Source: Azolla caroliniana (taxonomy: Eukaryota > Plantae > Polypodiophyta). From it: 64,000 bases of DNA. Below the pieces are notes generated by a model. That model was not told the DNA's origin, did not search any database, and worked only from the letters and a program-made list of their open reading frames with translations. The translations under genes and the position numbers were made by a program. The stretch lies in NCBI GenBank assembly GCA_043228905.1, contig JBHGNT010000009.1, positions 12,028,001 through 12,092,000 of the forward strand, read 5' to 3'. The stretch's first letter is position 1, and the number at the start of each line of letters is the position of its first letter. Shown in pieces: positions 63,590 to 64,000 of the stretch.

Positions 63590-64000
63590 GGTCCTTAGCT
63601 ACATGCATGTATGCGAGACACTTGAATACCTTCAGATGCTGGTAGGACACTTCCTTACCGGTCCAGACTCTCTGTGGCGTGTCTCCGTCCAAGGGTACTG
63701 AGGGTGATCTGTTTATCACATATGTCGTCGTCGACAGTGCCTCAGCCTAAAACTTCTTGGGTAGTTTTGCATGCGCCAGCATACTCTGGACCCTCTCCAT
63801 TATGGTCCGGTTCATCCTCTCGGCCAGCCCGTTTAGTTCCGGCGTCTTTGGCACGGTAAATTCGAGCCGAACTCTCTTCGAGCGACAGTACTCCTCGAAC
63901 TGCCCCCGGTATTCACCTCCGTTATCTGCTCGAACCGCCTTCAGCTTCCGGCCGGTTTCTCTTTCCACTCTCGCGTGGAGCTCTTTGAAGACGGATAACA

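Larger units (their letters stand above)
55366..64000 (-). mobile_element. Ty1/copia element (close relative of 1785-7167), degenerate; 3' LTR 55366-56176; split by a younger copia; runs off the window
   Basis: LTR TGACGAGAAC...CCCAACA with 54-bp repeats; PPT; RH, RT and IN fragments at 56187-58192 and 63590-64000. Confidence 0.95.

Overview
This is land-plant nuclear DNA (spliceosomal introns, microsatellite-rich genes); a non-seed plant such as a fern, lycophyte or bryophyte is inferred, not proven. Most of the window is nested Ty1/copia and Ty3/gypsy LTR retrotransposons, one of them intact and young (58193-63589). Two host genes are present: an intact 15-exon cytosolic glucose-6-phosphate dehydrogenase (13064-17140, minus) and a single-exon BKI1/MAKR-like gene (46464-47606). 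The standout is at 27300-34062: a family of TIR DNA transposons (37-bp TIR starting AACACCGGG, 4-bp TSD) carrying an intron-containing, prokaryote-type beta-class amino (N6-adenine/N4-cytosine) DNA methyltransferase with a probable ParB-like N-terminal region. A second family member sits in an intron of that gene, keeps a remnant of the same MTase at the same distance from its TIR, and contains about 16 dispersed ~50-bp palindromes. Both MTase copies are damaged. All coordinates and counts were read by eye; no database search was run.
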